This document shows, piece after piece, positions 39,601 through 51,802 of a DNA stretch of 64,000 nt (positions within the stretch are counted from its first letter, which is position 1; each line of letters starts with the position of its first letter). The stretch lies in NCBI GenBank assembly GCA_965248755.1, contig OZ252149.1, positions 3,424,001-3,488,000 on the forward strand, read 5' to 3'. The position numbers and the translations under genes were made by a program. The DNA comes from Candidatus Latescibacterota bacterium. GTDB taxonomy: Bacteria > Latescibacterota > CBDEFO01. A model generated the notes under the pieces. The model was not told the DNA's origin, did not search any database, and was given only the letters and a program-made list of their open reading frames with translations.

Positions 39601-42177
39601 TGGGACACGGAATTTCCGATCCCCCAAGAGGAAAAAGAGAGAGCTGACGCCATCTTCAAGGCCAGGGGTATAGACGACGACGACTTCGTGGTTGCCATCC
39701 ACAGGAGAGGTGCAAATATCCATAAATATTGGGATGTGGAAGAGGCTGCAAGGTTCGTGGATTACATGGTGGAAAACTACAACGCCAAGTTTATCGCCTT
39801 CGAGACTCACACCGATCTGGACAGGGAGGAAGCGCGGCAGTTGGAAGGCGAAAATATCTTCAGCACATATCGCCTGCCCGATATGAATCTGAAGCTCTCG
39901 GCGGCTTTCATTGACAAATGTAACCTCTTTGTGGGCATAGACTCAGGTCCCATGTGGATGGCCACTACCACAAAGACCCCGATAATTTCCCTTTTCACTA
40001 TGACGTGGATGCACCAGAGTGCGCCTATGAGTAAGGACAGCTACATAGTCTGCTCCGACAGATCCAAAGAGATGGCGACGGAGAAGTTCAAGGCGGAACA
40101 TAAAGACAGGATCGTCTATTCCTCAAAAGATGGCACGAGTATAGACACAGAGGCAGTCATCAGTTGCCTGGAGAAACTTGAAATTGAGGGTCTCATCAAC
40201 TTACCAGATGGACACTCTGGTGGCAATGGAAGTGTTCATGACTCGATCTCCAAATACTCGGCAAATTCTACGGTTGATGCCGGCGGAGAAAGAGTTCCAC
40301 CTGCACCGCCCGCACCACCTGTAGTGGGATTGCCACCTTCCAGCGATACTTTTCGGGAGCCCCAGCCAACAAAGGTGGATGTCGTCGAGCCATCTGTAGG
40401 CAAGCCAAGTCTCGTCGGGGTGGGACTGCCCCTCGTTGGAGAAAAGAATGAGTCACCTGCCAATTTTAGTCTCCTTGAGAAAGCCCAAAAGGGAGAGGCG
40501 ATAGTCCTTCCGGACAAGTACTGCAGGCCCGGAAGCTATTGGGCGGCTTTCCTTACGCTTTACTGCACCGCCAAGTGCACGTACTGCATCCAGCATCTGG
40601 AGTTTGACAGCTTTCAGAAGGCCCAGAAGGTCAAGATGCTCTCAGGCGAGCAGTGGGTGACGATCCTCAACAGCATAAAGCACGACGACGGACGTCCCCT
40701 TGCGGTGATAGGCGGCGAGGCTTCGATGCACCCTGATTTCCTTTACATCCTCAATAATCTGGAAGGATACTTCGTCACAGTCACGACCAATGTCTACTCC
40801 AAGGTCTTCGAGGACATAGACAGATTCGCAGAGGAGCTAAAGCCCAAGTCCACCATCAGGTTCAACACCTCCTTCCATCCAGACTACATCTCCATAGACG
40901 ATTTCTGTCATAGGGTCAAAAAGCTGCGTGAAAATAGGCTCTGGGTCGATCAGATAGCCATGGTAGATCACCCCGAAAGCAACTTTGCAGAATATCAAAA
41001 AGAGTTTCAAGACCGCGGAGTTCCCCTAAGGCCTCAGACGTTCTTGGGGAACTGGAAGGGCGTGCTTTATCCGAATCCCAACTCTAACATAACCAACGAT
41101 TTAAAGGAGACCGGTATTTCAGATTACAGACGATTGGAGGACGGATTTAGCAACAGGAAGAGATCGTCCGTTTTGTGTGCGACGGACCGGTTCTTAATCT
41201 CTCCGGATGGAGCGGTTTTCAACTGCCACTACAGGCTCTACAGCCGCCACGACCCTGTCGGAAGTGTCTTAGAAGGATTCGATCTCCCTTCAGACTACTT
41301 CATCTGCCATGACTACGGATTCTGTAATCTCTGCGACTTTTCACGCGTCAATTTCAAGCCCCTTGATCCATCAGCTAAGATCGACCCCGTCATTTATGTC
41401 GATGGTGAGGGCGGATGTCGCCTGTGCGGAGGAAAGTATTTGACGGTGGCCTACAAAGATCTCCTAATGTGCAACGACTGCGGTGTCCTCTTCAAGTCTG
41501 ATCTGCCTGACAAGGACGAACTTATGGAGAGCCTCTCCGGATTCCTCCTTTCTGCCTGCTTTGACGGGTCTAAAGGAAGCAGAAGGTTCAAAGAGGCCGA
41601 CTATCAGTTAGACCTGATTGAGAAATACACAAAGAAGGGCTACCTATTCGATATCGGATGCGCCTCAGGTTTCTTCATAAAGCGCGCCTTCGACAGAGGC
41701 TGGTCAACAAACGGAACGCTCTGTGGGAACGATATTTCAAAGGCGTCCGTCCAGTGGGCAAAGGAGAATTTCGAGATAGATATAGGGCACGGTTATTTCG
41801 AGGATATTGACCTTCCGCTCAAGCACTTCAACACTGTTGTCCTCTGGCACAGCTTAGAACATACCCTGAATCCGCTGAAGACTCTTCAAAAGTGCAACAG
41901 GATACTTGCAGACGGAGGCATAATCCTCATCAGCGTCCCGGAGAAGGCCGTAAAGGACGTGGCCCAGCACTACGAGCCAATGCACCTTTATGAGTTTAAC
42001 AGAGACAGCCTGGACAATCTGCTTTGTCGTACGGGCTTTGATAGGCTGGAACTTATCGAAAGGACCGACACCCACATTCCACAGATAGATGTGGTTTACA
42101 GGAAAGTAAAAAGTACAGAAGAAGTCACTATACAACATAGCGATAGATAAACTCACTTAACAAAGGAGTTTACTACA

Positions 42178-42873
42178 TTGAACACTCAAGAATGGGTCAA
42201 AAGACAGTCCAATTTTCACTTGGAAAGGCTCGACTGGCCCGAGTTCAAGGCGTCAGTAGACCACAACCAGAGACGCTTTGAGGTTCTCTGCAAATATGCC
42301 AAGCCAAGAATGAGAATGCTTGATGCCGGCTGTCATGCCGGGTGTGTAGCAGAGGAAATGCACAGAAGAGGGTTGGACGTTACGGCTGTTGACCTTCCTG
42401 ACGTTGTAGAGAGCATAGACAAGAAAGAAGGGATAACTTATTATGGTATAGACCTAAACGGCGGAAATGGTATTACCAGAAGGTTAGATGGGAAGGTGAT
42501 AGATCAGGGCGGATGGCCTTGCCGTGCAGTCGGCGTTGGAGGAGTAAGCAACGTCATTGTTCCAGAGCGGTACAATCTCATCTTTTCAGGAGAGACTATA
42601 GAGCACCTTTACAATGATTTCGACTTTTTGAAACGGTGCTATAATGGGCTTGTGGAAGGAGGGCTTTTGATTCTTAGCGCTCCCTTTTATTATCCCGATC
42701 AAGACTGGTCGATAAACGGCGGGATGCACATAAGGGTCTATCCAGCAAGGATGCTCGACGGACTGGTACAGCTTGCTGGATTTGAGATAATTGAGACAGA
42801 TAATGTACAGATACTTGACAATGCTGGGATTAAAAGGAATACCGGAAGAATAGTTGTGGGCAGGAAAGAGTAA
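42178..42873 (+). CDS. Class I SAM-dependent methyltransferase
   Basis: MLDAGCHAG, SGETIEHL, GGLLILSAP; AAGGAG SD, TTG start. Confidence 0.88.
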   Translation: MNTQEWVKRQSNFHLERLDWPEFKASVDHNQRRFEVLCKYAKPRMRMLDAGCHAGCVAEEMHRRGLDVTAVDLPDVVESIDKKEGITYYGIDLNGGNGITRRLDGKVIDQGGWPCRAVGVGGVSNVIVPERYNLIFSGETIEHLYNDFDFLKRCYNGLVEGGLLILSAPFYYPDQDWSINGGMHIRVYPARMLDGLVQLAGFEIIETDNVQILDNAGIKRNTGRIVVGRKE

Positions 42874-43127
42874 CTCTTTCTGCCTGGATGCTTTGCTTCA
42901 ACGCGCAGGATTTGAGAGACTGTAACTGATGCAGCTATTTCGCAAGCAGCGGTAGTCTAGAGGAAAAAGTCGCCAGGGCAGTACTCCTCCTCCCTGTCTA
43001 CTGTAAATCATAAGCGAGAAAAGATGGTCAATTCAAGAATATCCGACTTGCAAAGATATGAATCACTACATTGTATATCAATAACTTCCCCGCACTGGAG
43101 AGTAAGGGTACCTATCCATCCTGATAA

Positions 43128-43211
43128 GTTGTGGTGGACACTGGCTTATCTGATCAGACAGTCGAGATAGCCGAATCTTTCGGCGCAAGTGTCTACCATC
43201 CTTGGGAGTAG
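43128..43211 (+). pseudogene. Small GT2 glycosyltransferase fragment
   Basis: VVVDTGLSDQTVEIAESFGASVYHPWE* parallels IVVDTGSTDLTAQIAESHRAKVYHHSW of the gene at 52638. Confidence 0.7.
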
Positions 43212-43347
43212 GGGAAGGAACATACCTTATAGAGTCTGGCTTATAGATCTTTTCCCCACTATATTGGAGTTGGGACAAATCGACTTTGATAAAAAATGTT
43301 ATAAGAGGTAAAAACCTATTAGCTTGTAATAAGAGGAGAAGAAGCCA

Positions 43348-44100
43348 GTGGCCGAAAAGATTGAGAGAAATGGGACACATAGCGTAGGCACAAAAATGGA
43401 GCCGTTTGACTTTATGCAGGACGAAATTGCGATAACAATTGACACGTATGATGGGATTGCCGAGGATTACTGTCGGCATACCAGAAAAGAAGCCAAGCAG
43501 GAGCCAAGAGTGCGGGAAGCCACAAGAGAGTATATGGATTACTTCCTAGCGCTAAATTCCAAATCAGATCCCATAATTGCTGATATTGGTTGTGGTGATG
43601 GCAGGGATTCAAAATATATGATTGACAAAGGATATCGAGTATTATCAATAGATGCGTCGATAGGAATGTTACGACAGGCAAAAGGGAAGGTAGAGGATTC
43701 TTTGATGATGGATATACGGGATATTGGGTTAGCTGATATGTCTGTTGATGGTGTTTGGCTCTGCGGGGCTTTGTGGCATCTTCCAAAAAAAGAGTTGCCC
43801 AAGGCAATATGAGAAATTAACAGGATATTGGCTCCTGATGGAGTGTTTTCGTGCAGTTTCAAATTGGGAACTGGTGAAGGTATGGAGGAAAATCCCTCAT
43901 CCTTTCTGGGAGCGCCGAGATACTATTCGTACTATGGTGTATTAGAAATTCTGGATATTATAAGAGAACATGGATTTAGGATTATTTTAACAAGTAGATA
44001 CGATACAAAAGTCTTTGGTCATACAAAATACCAGATATTTTCTCGAAAGGAATTGTCCAATGAACATTATAATCGTTTCCTGCGATTCCTTGCGCCCTGA
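43348..44100 (+). pseudogene. Class I methyltransferase with one in-frame TGA (43810-43812)
   Basis: IADIGCGDGRD...LPKAI*EINRILAPDGVF; both track ORFs lie in the same frame. Confidence 0.85.
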
Positions 44101-46101
44101 CTTTTTGGGTTGTTATGGACATCCAAGTGCCAAGACCCCTAACATAGACAGAATAGCATCTGAAGGGGTGCTCTTTGAGGAACCCCGGACACAGTATATG
44201 TGTACGGTTCACTCAATTATTGCGATGATGACAGGCTCAAATATTGAGGTGGATGACAAGAACACGCTCTTTGGCATTCTATCGGATAGGGGTTATAAGA
44301 CTTTAAATAGTTTTTATCACAAACCACAATGGGGACACTGCAAGTTGCATCACGCTGAGTTTTGTCAGGAGAGTATTAACGAGTGGATAGATGAAAACCA
44401 GCACGAGAACTTTTTGATGTTGCTCTGGTATCATCAGACACATAGCCCCTACGGTTCAGAGAATCATTGGGGTTCACGGGACTCTGTCAGGCCAACATAC
44501 TTTATTAACCCAATAAGCCGCGAATTTTTGAAGCATCAGCCCAGTATCCCCCCAGAGAGTTTGTGCCAAATGGATATGGAGCAGAAGGATCGAAGATTGT
44601 CCCAGCTTTTTAAGCAGGGCAATATGGAACCAATTGAGAAGGTGTATATAGAAGCGATTGAGGAGGTAGATCGGCAAATAGGGGAAATTGATCAGCATCT
44701 TAGAGACTTAAACCTTGACGAAAAGACTATATTTATCGTAACATCAGATCATGGCCAGGATTTTAATAACCCCGTTGCAAGAGAGGCAGGCCTGAATTTT
44801 CACTATAAAACGCGCTCTAAAGATGCCAGGCGGGTTGTATTGATAATGAGACAGAAGCATTATCAGCCTGCTGGCAAGAGAGTATCTACCGTTGTAAGGC
44901 TTGTGGATTTATTTCCAACGGTGATAGAGATGTTAAATATTGATGTACCAGAAGCTGTTGGCCCTCTCTCAATTGTTGGAAGGAGCCTGATGCCTGTTAT
45001 TAGAGGAAGAGATACCGAAGATCGCCCAGAGCCATGCAGTATAATAGGGACGTTTGAAAACGCCGATACGGAGACTCGGCTAAGAAATCTGGCGGATGAT
45101 TTCACCGTTGTAAAGCTCGGAGACTTGTACATAAGGGAGAATAGACTCGATGAGGCAATAAAACATTACGAAGAAGCTTTAGAGATAAATCCTGATAATT
45201 CCGATGCCTATAACGGTTGGGAATACGCCCTCCTTCAAAGCCGTAATCTGCTATCTGTCCTTGGAAAGATCTATCTTAATAAGAAACGCTACAACGACGC
45301 TATAAGTACCTACCAAGAACTCCTTGAGCAGAGAGAAATAATCGAAAAAGATCCAAATTTCAAGGCCTACGTTATGGACACGAAGTCAAGGAACAGCGCT
45401 ATCAGGGCAACCATTGGTGAGTGCTACCGACTTTTGGGAGACTACGAAAAGGCTATAGATTATTTGAAAAACGCTATTGCCCAGGATGACCAGCATCTCG
45501 ACCTCTACAAAAGCCTTGCTTTCTGTTATATTGAGACGGGGGAATTACCTGACGCCCGGCGTACGCTTGATAGAGTAGCTGCAGTTGGAATAGCTGACGA
45601 TTTTGTCTTTGTAAAGCTTGGAGACTTGTACATAAGGGAGAACAGACTCGATGAGGCAATAAAACAGTACGAAGAAGCTTTAGAGATAAATCCTGATAAT
45701 TCCAATGCCTATAATGGCTGGGGATACATCCTCCTTATGAAAGGCCAAGAGGAGGATGCAGATTTGAAATTTTCAAAGGCACTTGAGCTTAATCCCAACC
45801 ACGAACGGGCTCATTTCAATCTTATGAAGCTGAAGTTCGCCCAGGGGGCACACCAGGAGACACTGGAACAGATTGATAAGTTAGTGTCGTTGGAACCCCA
45901 AAGCGCTGAAATATACAGAGAATCTGGAAACATCTGCGTCAGGCTTGGAAAGTACGAGAAAGCTATTGAACTGTACGAAGAATGCATCCGACAAGATCCG
46001 ACAGACAAAGTTACTATGTCCAACGTTGCCTCCTGCCATACCGCTCCCCTTGACAGAGCGACAAATATTTCGCAAATTGGGGTTTGAGAAGGGAGGTCAA
46101 G

Positions 46102-46413
46102 GTGTCGAGCCCCGAAGTGAAAGATGGTAAGCGCTGGACGGCGACCCGTAAGGGAGAGATTGTGTTGGCTCTTTTGAGAGGAGCAGATCTATCTGAGGTG
46201 TGTCGTAAGAATGGAATTAGCCAGTCGCAGGCGTATGCTTGGCGTGATAGTTTCTTAGAAGGGGGCCAGGAGAGTCTGAAGTCTCGGCGTGGTCGCAAGG
46301 ATCCGAAGGAGCGAGAGGTTAGCCGGTTGGAGCGCAAGGTAGGGCAGTTGACGCTCCAGTTGGAGATACTCGAAGAGGTAGCCCGTCTAAAAAAAACGAA
46401 GCGGTTGCCTTGA
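46102..46413 (+). CDS. IS3 transposase OrfA
   Basis: Translation identical to copy 1. Confidence 0.9.
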   Translation: MSSPEVKDGKRWTATRKGEIVLALLRGADLSEVCRKNGISQSQAYAWRDSFLEGGQESLKSRRGRKDPKEREVSRLERKVGQLTLQLEILEEVARLKKTKRLP

Positions 46414-47273
46414 GTGGGCGGTTTTTGGGTCGAGGCTATTCCCGCAAGGTGGTAGCTTTGGCTTTGGGTTTGCATCGTTCGACTCTGTATAGGTTTAGGG
46501 ATAGAGGTGTCAGTTCTTCTGTTAAAGAGCCTGTGATAGATGAGGAGCTTGCTTTTCGTATTCGAGGGATACTGGACCAAGAAGAGGCATTTGGTCACAG
46601 GCGGGTTTGGGCGCATCTTCGTTTCAAGGAAGGGGAATGTGTCAACGTTAAGAAGGTTCATAGGATAATGAAGCTTAAGGGGTGGCAGTGTAAGCTGTGG
46701 AATCGTCCCGGGAGAAAGGGGCCACAGGTTGCCCAGAAGCGTTCTGTGGTGGATAGTCCCGACAGTTTGTGGTCGAGTGACTTGACAAAGATTTACTGTG
46801 GAAAAGATGGTTGGTGTCCTCTTATTGCGGTGGTGGACAACGGAAGCCGGGAGGTTCCTGGGTATCGTTTTAGTCGAAAAGGGAGGGCACTGGAGGCCAC
46901 AGATGCCCTGGATCGGGCCGTGATCTCTCGATACACTTCCAAGGAGGCTGTCCCCCAGGGTCTCACTTTGCGCTCTGACAATGGTTCCATCTTTTTGGCT
47001 CGGGCCTATTTGGCCAGTACCGAATATTGGGGAATTCGTCAGGAATACATACCAAGTGGTAAACCCGATTGGAACGGTGTTGTAGAGCGTTTTTTCAGGA
47101 CCCTCAAGCAAGAGTGTGTTTGGCTTCACAAGTTTGAATCCTTTGAACAGGCTGAGAAGATCATATCTCAGTGGATCGATAATTACAACAAGAACAGGCT
47201 TCATTCATCCCTGGGATATAAGACCCCAAAAGAGTGGAGAAAACAATTTTATCTACTACCCCAGGTTGCTTAA
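46410..47273 (+). CDS. IS3 transposase OrfB
   Basis: Translation identical to copy 1. Confidence 0.95.
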   Translation: MSGRFLGRGYSRKVVALALGLHRSTLYRFRDRGVSSSVKEPVIDEELAFRIRGILDQEEAFGHRRVWAHLRFKEGECVNVKKVHRIMKLKGWQCKLWNRPGRKGPQVAQKRSVVDSPDSLWSSDLTKIYCGKDGWCPLIAVVDNGSREVPGYRFSRKGRALEATDALDRAVISRYTSKEAVPQGLTLRSDNGSIFLARAYLASTEYWGIRQEYIPSGKPDWNGVVERFFRTLKQECVWLHKFESFEQAEKIISQWIDNYNKNRLHSSLGYKTPKEWRKQFYLLPQVA

Positions 47274-47544
47274 TTGGTGTCGCTTTCCTGGGAAGCAGTA
47301 CACTGCTACGCGAAACTCAGGGATTTAGAATCCGCCCAGATGGCGTATCAGAACGCTCTTAGCATTGACCCTGATTACAGCGAGGCATCGTGCAACCTCA
47401 AAGTGATTGAAAACGCCATAGCTGAACTCGGTGAAGAGAAGATGGCAGATGCCGCCTCGTAGTATATAGATCGACAGGATAGTTTACGAAAACTCATAAC
47501 AGGAAGAACAAAAAGACTGTGCCCTTATCAGGAAAGTATCTCGG

Positions 47545-49500
47545 ATGATACATAGCATAAGAAATTTAGGATTCTTTGAAGATCATAAGATAGAACTTAA
47601 TTCTGTGGTTGATCTCGGGGCTCATCACGGTGAAGTAGCGATATACTTTGCCCAAAGTAATCCTTCGGCAAGGATTCTGGCTGTTGAAGGATCGAGTCAA
47701 AGTTTTGCTATCCTCAAGGAGAATGTTGAAAGACAGAACCTCTTAAGTAACAACATCATTTTAGTAAATGAAGCCATATCGGATAGAGCAGGTGTTGTCG
47801 ATATGACATTAGATAGAGGAGGCGAAAATACGATTGTTTTAGATGAAAAAAAGCGATGGCGTTATCACCCATGGTTGAAGCCCTTCCGAAAAGAAAATTT
47901 GAGGACCGAAAAGGTCAAAAGCGATACACTTTCAAATCTGTTGAAACGATATAATTTTGATTATGTTGATTTCATGAAGGTTGATATTGAGGGAGTTGAA
48001 CCCTTGCTCTATGAAAGTTTAGAGAAGGATTCTTCAATCATCAAATCAATCTTTATTGAACTCGGCTCTTTAAAGACCCTTGATGGTGATCATAGATTAA
48101 TGGGACTACTGTTTAGGAAAGATTTTAAGTGTTTTGATCTATGGGGGACAGAGTTAAAAAGTTTAGATGTAGCTAAGGAGTATTTGTACAAAGGATGGAT
48201 AAATAAGGAATCGATCCCAAATCTTTGGTTTCTCCAGGGAAAACACAGCAAAAAGAGCTATCACAGCAGCTTTAAGAGCCTCGAAAGGCAGATAGAAGAG
48301 GATCCTAACAACACCTTAGCCTGGTACAACCTGAATCAAATCTTGCGCGACAAAGGAGAATTTGACAAAGCTGTCGAAAATGGAATTCGCGCTCTTTCTT
48401 TCAAACCCTATGAGGAGGACCGGAAAACCTATCTTATGCTCCTCTTCAACACAGCCTACTGCTGCCTTATGAGTGGACACTTGGACGAAGGCGAGAGATT
48501 GTGCCAAGAAGGTTTAACGTACAACCCTCAAAGTCTCAATCTGCTATCTTTCCTTTCTGTCCTTGGAGGTATCTATTTTAATAAAAAACGCTACAACGAC
48601 GCTATAAGTACCTACCAAGAATTCCTTAAGCAGAGAGAAATAATCGAAAAAGATCCAAATTTCAAGGCCTACGTTATGGATACGAGGTCAAGGAAGAGCG
48701 CTATCAGGGCAACCATTGGTGAGTGCTACCGACTTTTGGGAGACTACCAGAAGGCTATAGATTATCTGAAGAACGCTATTACCCAGGACGACCAGCATCT
48801 CGACCTCTACAAAAATCTTGCTCTCTGTTATATTCTGATGGGCGAATTGCCTGGTGCCCGGTGTACCCTTGAAAGGGCGGTTGAAGTTGGAATAGCCGAC
48901 GATCGCACCTTTGTAAAGCTCGGAGACTTGTACATAAGGGAGAAGAGACTCGATGAGGCAATAAAACAGTACGAAGAAGCTTTAGAGATAAATCCTGATA
49001 ATTCCGATGCCTATAACGGTAGGGGATACGCTCTCCTTATGAAAGGCCAAAAGGAGGATGCAGATTTGAAATTTTCAAAGGCTCTTGAGCTTAATCCCAA
49101 CCACGAACGCGCTTGCTTCAATTTTGTGAAGCTGAAGTTCTCCCAGGGGGCACACCAGGAGACACTGGAACAGATTGATAAGTTAGTGTCGTTGGAACCC
49201 CAAAGCGCTGAAATATACAGAGAAGCTGGAAACATCTGCGTCCAGCTTGGAAAGTACGAGAAAGCTATTGATCTGTACGAAGAATGTATCATACAAGATC
49301 CTACAGACAAAGTTACTATGTCCAACGTTGCCTCCTGCTACGCGAAACTTGGGCATTTAGAATCCGCCCAGATGGCGTATCAGACTGTTCTCAGCATTGA
49401 TCCTAACTACGCCGAGGCAACCCGCAGCCTCAAGGTAGTTGAAGACTTGATAACCAAATACGGAATTGGCGAACAGAGTATGGTTGATGCCGCCTTGTAG
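47545..49500 (+). CDS. FkbM-family methyltransferase plus TPR tail (intact)
   Basis: VVDLGAHHG, LAVEG, FMKVDIEGVE, followed by multiple TPRs. Confidence 0.92.
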   Translation: MIHSIRNLGFFEDHKIELNSVVDLGAHHGEVAIYFAQSNPSARILAVEGSSQSFAILKENVERQNLLSNNIILVNEAISDRAGVVDMTLDRGGENTIVLDEKKRWRYHPWLKPFRKENLRTEKVKSDTLSNLLKRYNFDYVDFMKVDIEGVEPLLYESLEKDSSIIKSIFIELGSLKTLDGDHRLMGLLFRKDFKCFDLWGTELKSLDVAKEYLYKGWINKESIPNLWFLQGKHSKKSYHSSFKSLERQIEEDPNNTLAWYNLNQILRDKGEFDKAVENGIRALSFKPYEEDRKTYLMLLFNTAYCCLMSGHLDEGERLCQEGLTYNPQSLNLLSFLSVLGGIYFNKKRYNDAISTYQEFLKQREIIEKDPNFKAYVMDTRSRKSAIRATIGECYRLLGDYQKAIDYLKNAITQDDQHLDLYKNLALCYILMGELPGARCTLERAVEVGIADDRTFVKLGDLYIREKRLDEAIKQYEEALEINPDNSDAYNGRGYALLMKGQKEDADLKFSKALELNPNHERACFNFVKLKFSQGAHQETLEQIDKLVSLEPQSAEIYREAGNICVQLGKYEKAIDLYEECIIQDPTDKVTMSNVASCYAKLGHLESAQMAYQTVLSIDPNYAEATRSLKVVEDLITKYGIGEQSMVDAAL

Positions 49501-50938
49501 CCAGTTGAGCTATCGAAATTGGGTTCGTTCAACATGTGGGGTTTAATTCTAGAGATTGATGCCGATGCATGCCGTTGTAATTGTTGTTGGGAAAAACCAT
49601 GGATAGGGGTAAGACATGCAAGAGTGTCACAGTATTGAGAATTTCTTTGCAAAACACAAAATAGAACTCAGGTCAGTTGTTGATATTGGAGCCGAGATCG
49701 GCAAAATTACTCTTTACTGTGCAGAAAAAAACCCCAAAGCGAGAATTTTGGCTATTGAAGGATCAAGTCGAAATTTTTCTGTTCTTCAGAAGAATATTCA
49801 GAGATCTGGCTTTAACAATATTATCTTAATAAATAAGCTTGTTTCAGATAGAGTAGACACGATTGACGTGTCTACTGGCAGAGGATCAGAAAATACCATT
49901 ATTTTAGATAAAAGAAATTTGAGGATAAGATATGAACCCCAAACAGAGAAAGTTCAATCAGATACACTATCAAATTTGTTGAGACAACATAATTTTGATT
50001 ATGTTGATTTCATGAAGATCGATATTGAGGGAGGTGAACCATTACTTTATGAAAGCTTAAAAAGGTATGCATCGGATATAAAATCCCTATTTATCGAATT
50101 TGGCTATATGAATACAAAAGATAGCTATTTTTCACTATTAGAACTATTATTCGAAAAAGGATTTTTGTGTTTTAAGGACTTTGGTGAAGAATTAACAACC
50201 CTTAAAGAAGCCCAAAAATATTTTAGTGAAAAATGGGATATTAGAGAAATTACCAACCTTTGGTTCTTACAGAAAAAGCACGCTAATATTACTTCTCAAA
50301 ATCAACGAACCCTATCAGATTGCATGATCGTCAAAGACGAAGAAGAGTTCATGTCTAGGCGCATTGAAAGCTTCGAAAAGCAGATAGAAGAAAATCCCAA
50401 CAACACGTTTGCATGGTTAAACTTCAATCAAATCTTGCGCGACAAGGGAGAATTCAACAGAGCTGTCGAAAATGGAAAGCACGCTCTTTCTCTTGAATCC
50501 TACGAAGAGGACCCAGGAACTTATCTCATGTTGCTCGACGATACAGTTTACTGCTGTCTTATGAGTGGACGCTTGGACGAAGGCGAAAAACTGTGCCAAG
50601 AGGGTTTAAAGCATAATCGTAAAAACCTCGATTTGCTATGCACCCTTGCAAATATCTATTTTAGGAAAAAACGCTACGATGACGCTATAAATGCCTATCA
50701 AGAATTCCTCAAGCAGAGAGAAATAGCGGAAAAAAGTCCAAACGTTTACTCCCATATTGTGATCACGTGGTCATTCCAGAGTATTGTCAGGAACAACATC
50801 GCTCAGTGCTACCGGCTTTTGGGAGACTACGAAAAGGCTATAGATTATCTGAAAAACGCTATTGCCCAGGACGACCAGCCTCTCGACCTCTACAAGAGCC
50901 TCGCTTTCTTGTACTGCTTCCCAGGAAAGCGACACCAA

Positions 50939-51802
50939 TTAAGCAACCTGGGGTAGTAGATAAAATTGTTTTCTCCACTCTTTTGGGGTCTTATATCCCA
51001 GGGATGAATGAAGCCTGTTCTTGTTGTAATTATCGATCCACTGAGATATGATCTTCTCAGCCTGTTCAAAGGATTCAAACTTGTGAAGCCAAACACACTC
51101 TTGCTTGAGGGTCCTGAAAAAACGCTCTACAACACCGTTCCAATCGGGTTTACCACTTGGTATGTATTCCTGACGAATTCCCCAATATTCGGTACTGGCC
51201 AAATAGGCCCGAGCCAAAAAGATGGAACCATTGTCAGAGCGCAAAGTGAGACCCTGGGGGACAGCCTCCTTGGAAGTGTATCGAGAGATCACGGCCCGAT
51301 CCAGGGCATCTGTGGCCTCCAGTGCCCTCCCTTTTCGACTAAAACGATACCCAGGAACCTCCCGGCTTCCGTTGTCCACCACCGCAATAAGAGGACACCA
51401 ACCATCTTTTCCACAGTAAATCTTTGTCAAGTCACTCGACCACAAACTGTCGGGACTATCCACCACAGAACGCTTCTGGGCAACCTGTGGCCCCTTTCTC
51501 CCGGGACGATTCCACAGCTTACACTGCCACCCCTTAAGCTTCATTATCCTATGAACCTTCTTAACGTTGACACATTCCCCTTCCTTGAAACGAAGATGCG
51601 CCCAAACCCGCCTGTGACCAAATGCCTCTTCTTGGTCCAGTATCCCTCGAATACGAAAAGCAAGCTCCTCATCTATCACAGGCTCTTTAACAGAAGAACT
51701 GACACCTCTATCCCTAAACCTATACAGAGTCGAACGATGCAAACCCAAAGCCAAAGCTACCACCTTGCGGGAATAGCCTCGACCCAAAAACCGCCCACTC
51801 AA
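50939..51802 (-). CDS. IS3 transposase OrfB
   Basis: Translation identical to copy 1. Confidence 0.95.
   Translation of the reverse strand: MSGRFLGRGYSRKVVALALGLHRSTLYRFRDRGVSSSVKEPVIDEELAFRIRGILDQEEAFGHRRVWAHLRFKEGECVNVKKVHRIMKLKGWQCKLWNRPGRKGPQVAQKRSVVDSPDSLWSSDLTKIYCGKDGWCPLIAVVDNGSREVPGYRFSRKGRALEATDALDRAVISRYTSKEAVPQGLTLRSDNGSIFLARAYLASTEYWGIRQEYIPSGKPDWNGVVERFFRTLKQECVWLHKFESFEQAEKIISQWIDNYNKNRLHSSLGYKTPKEWRKQFYLLPQVA

Larger units (their letters stand above)
34908..42150 (+). pseudogene. IS-interrupted ~1990-aa multidomain enzyme: TPR, GT9, CgeB-like GT, GT9, radical SAM, class I methyltransferase
   Basis: 34908-35410 joins 36681-42150 in frame (FLEAV/SLKPDF). Motifs: GIGNMVMLTP, NDSGPAH, SRVFEALGCG, HTYDHR, GIGDNIMATP, DSGPMW, CTAKCTYC, FDIGCASG, WHSLEH. 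Confidence 0.9.
46037..47302 (+). mobile_element. IS3-family insertion sequence, copy 4 (1266 bp)
   Basis: TSD CTGC; same ends and ORFs. Confidence 0.97.
44060..47462 (+). pseudogene. Sulfatase/alkaline-phosphatase-superfamily domain plus TPR tail (~710 aa), interrupted by IS copy 4
   Basis: DSLRPDFLGCYG, TPNID, HQTHSPY, TSDHG, VDLFPT. 44060-46036 joins 47307-47462 in frame (NVASC/YAKL). Confidence 0.88.

Noticed and set aside
43810..43860. Selenocysteine or alternative genetic code at the in-frame TGA
   Set aside because: Not a Cys/redox position, no convincing SECIS hairpin, and TGA ends many genes in this window.
45097..49500. TPR repeats as DGR template/variable regions or a CRISPR array
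   Set aside because: Differences are not adenine-specific, there is no reverse transcriptase or cas gene, and no repeat-spacer periodicity.
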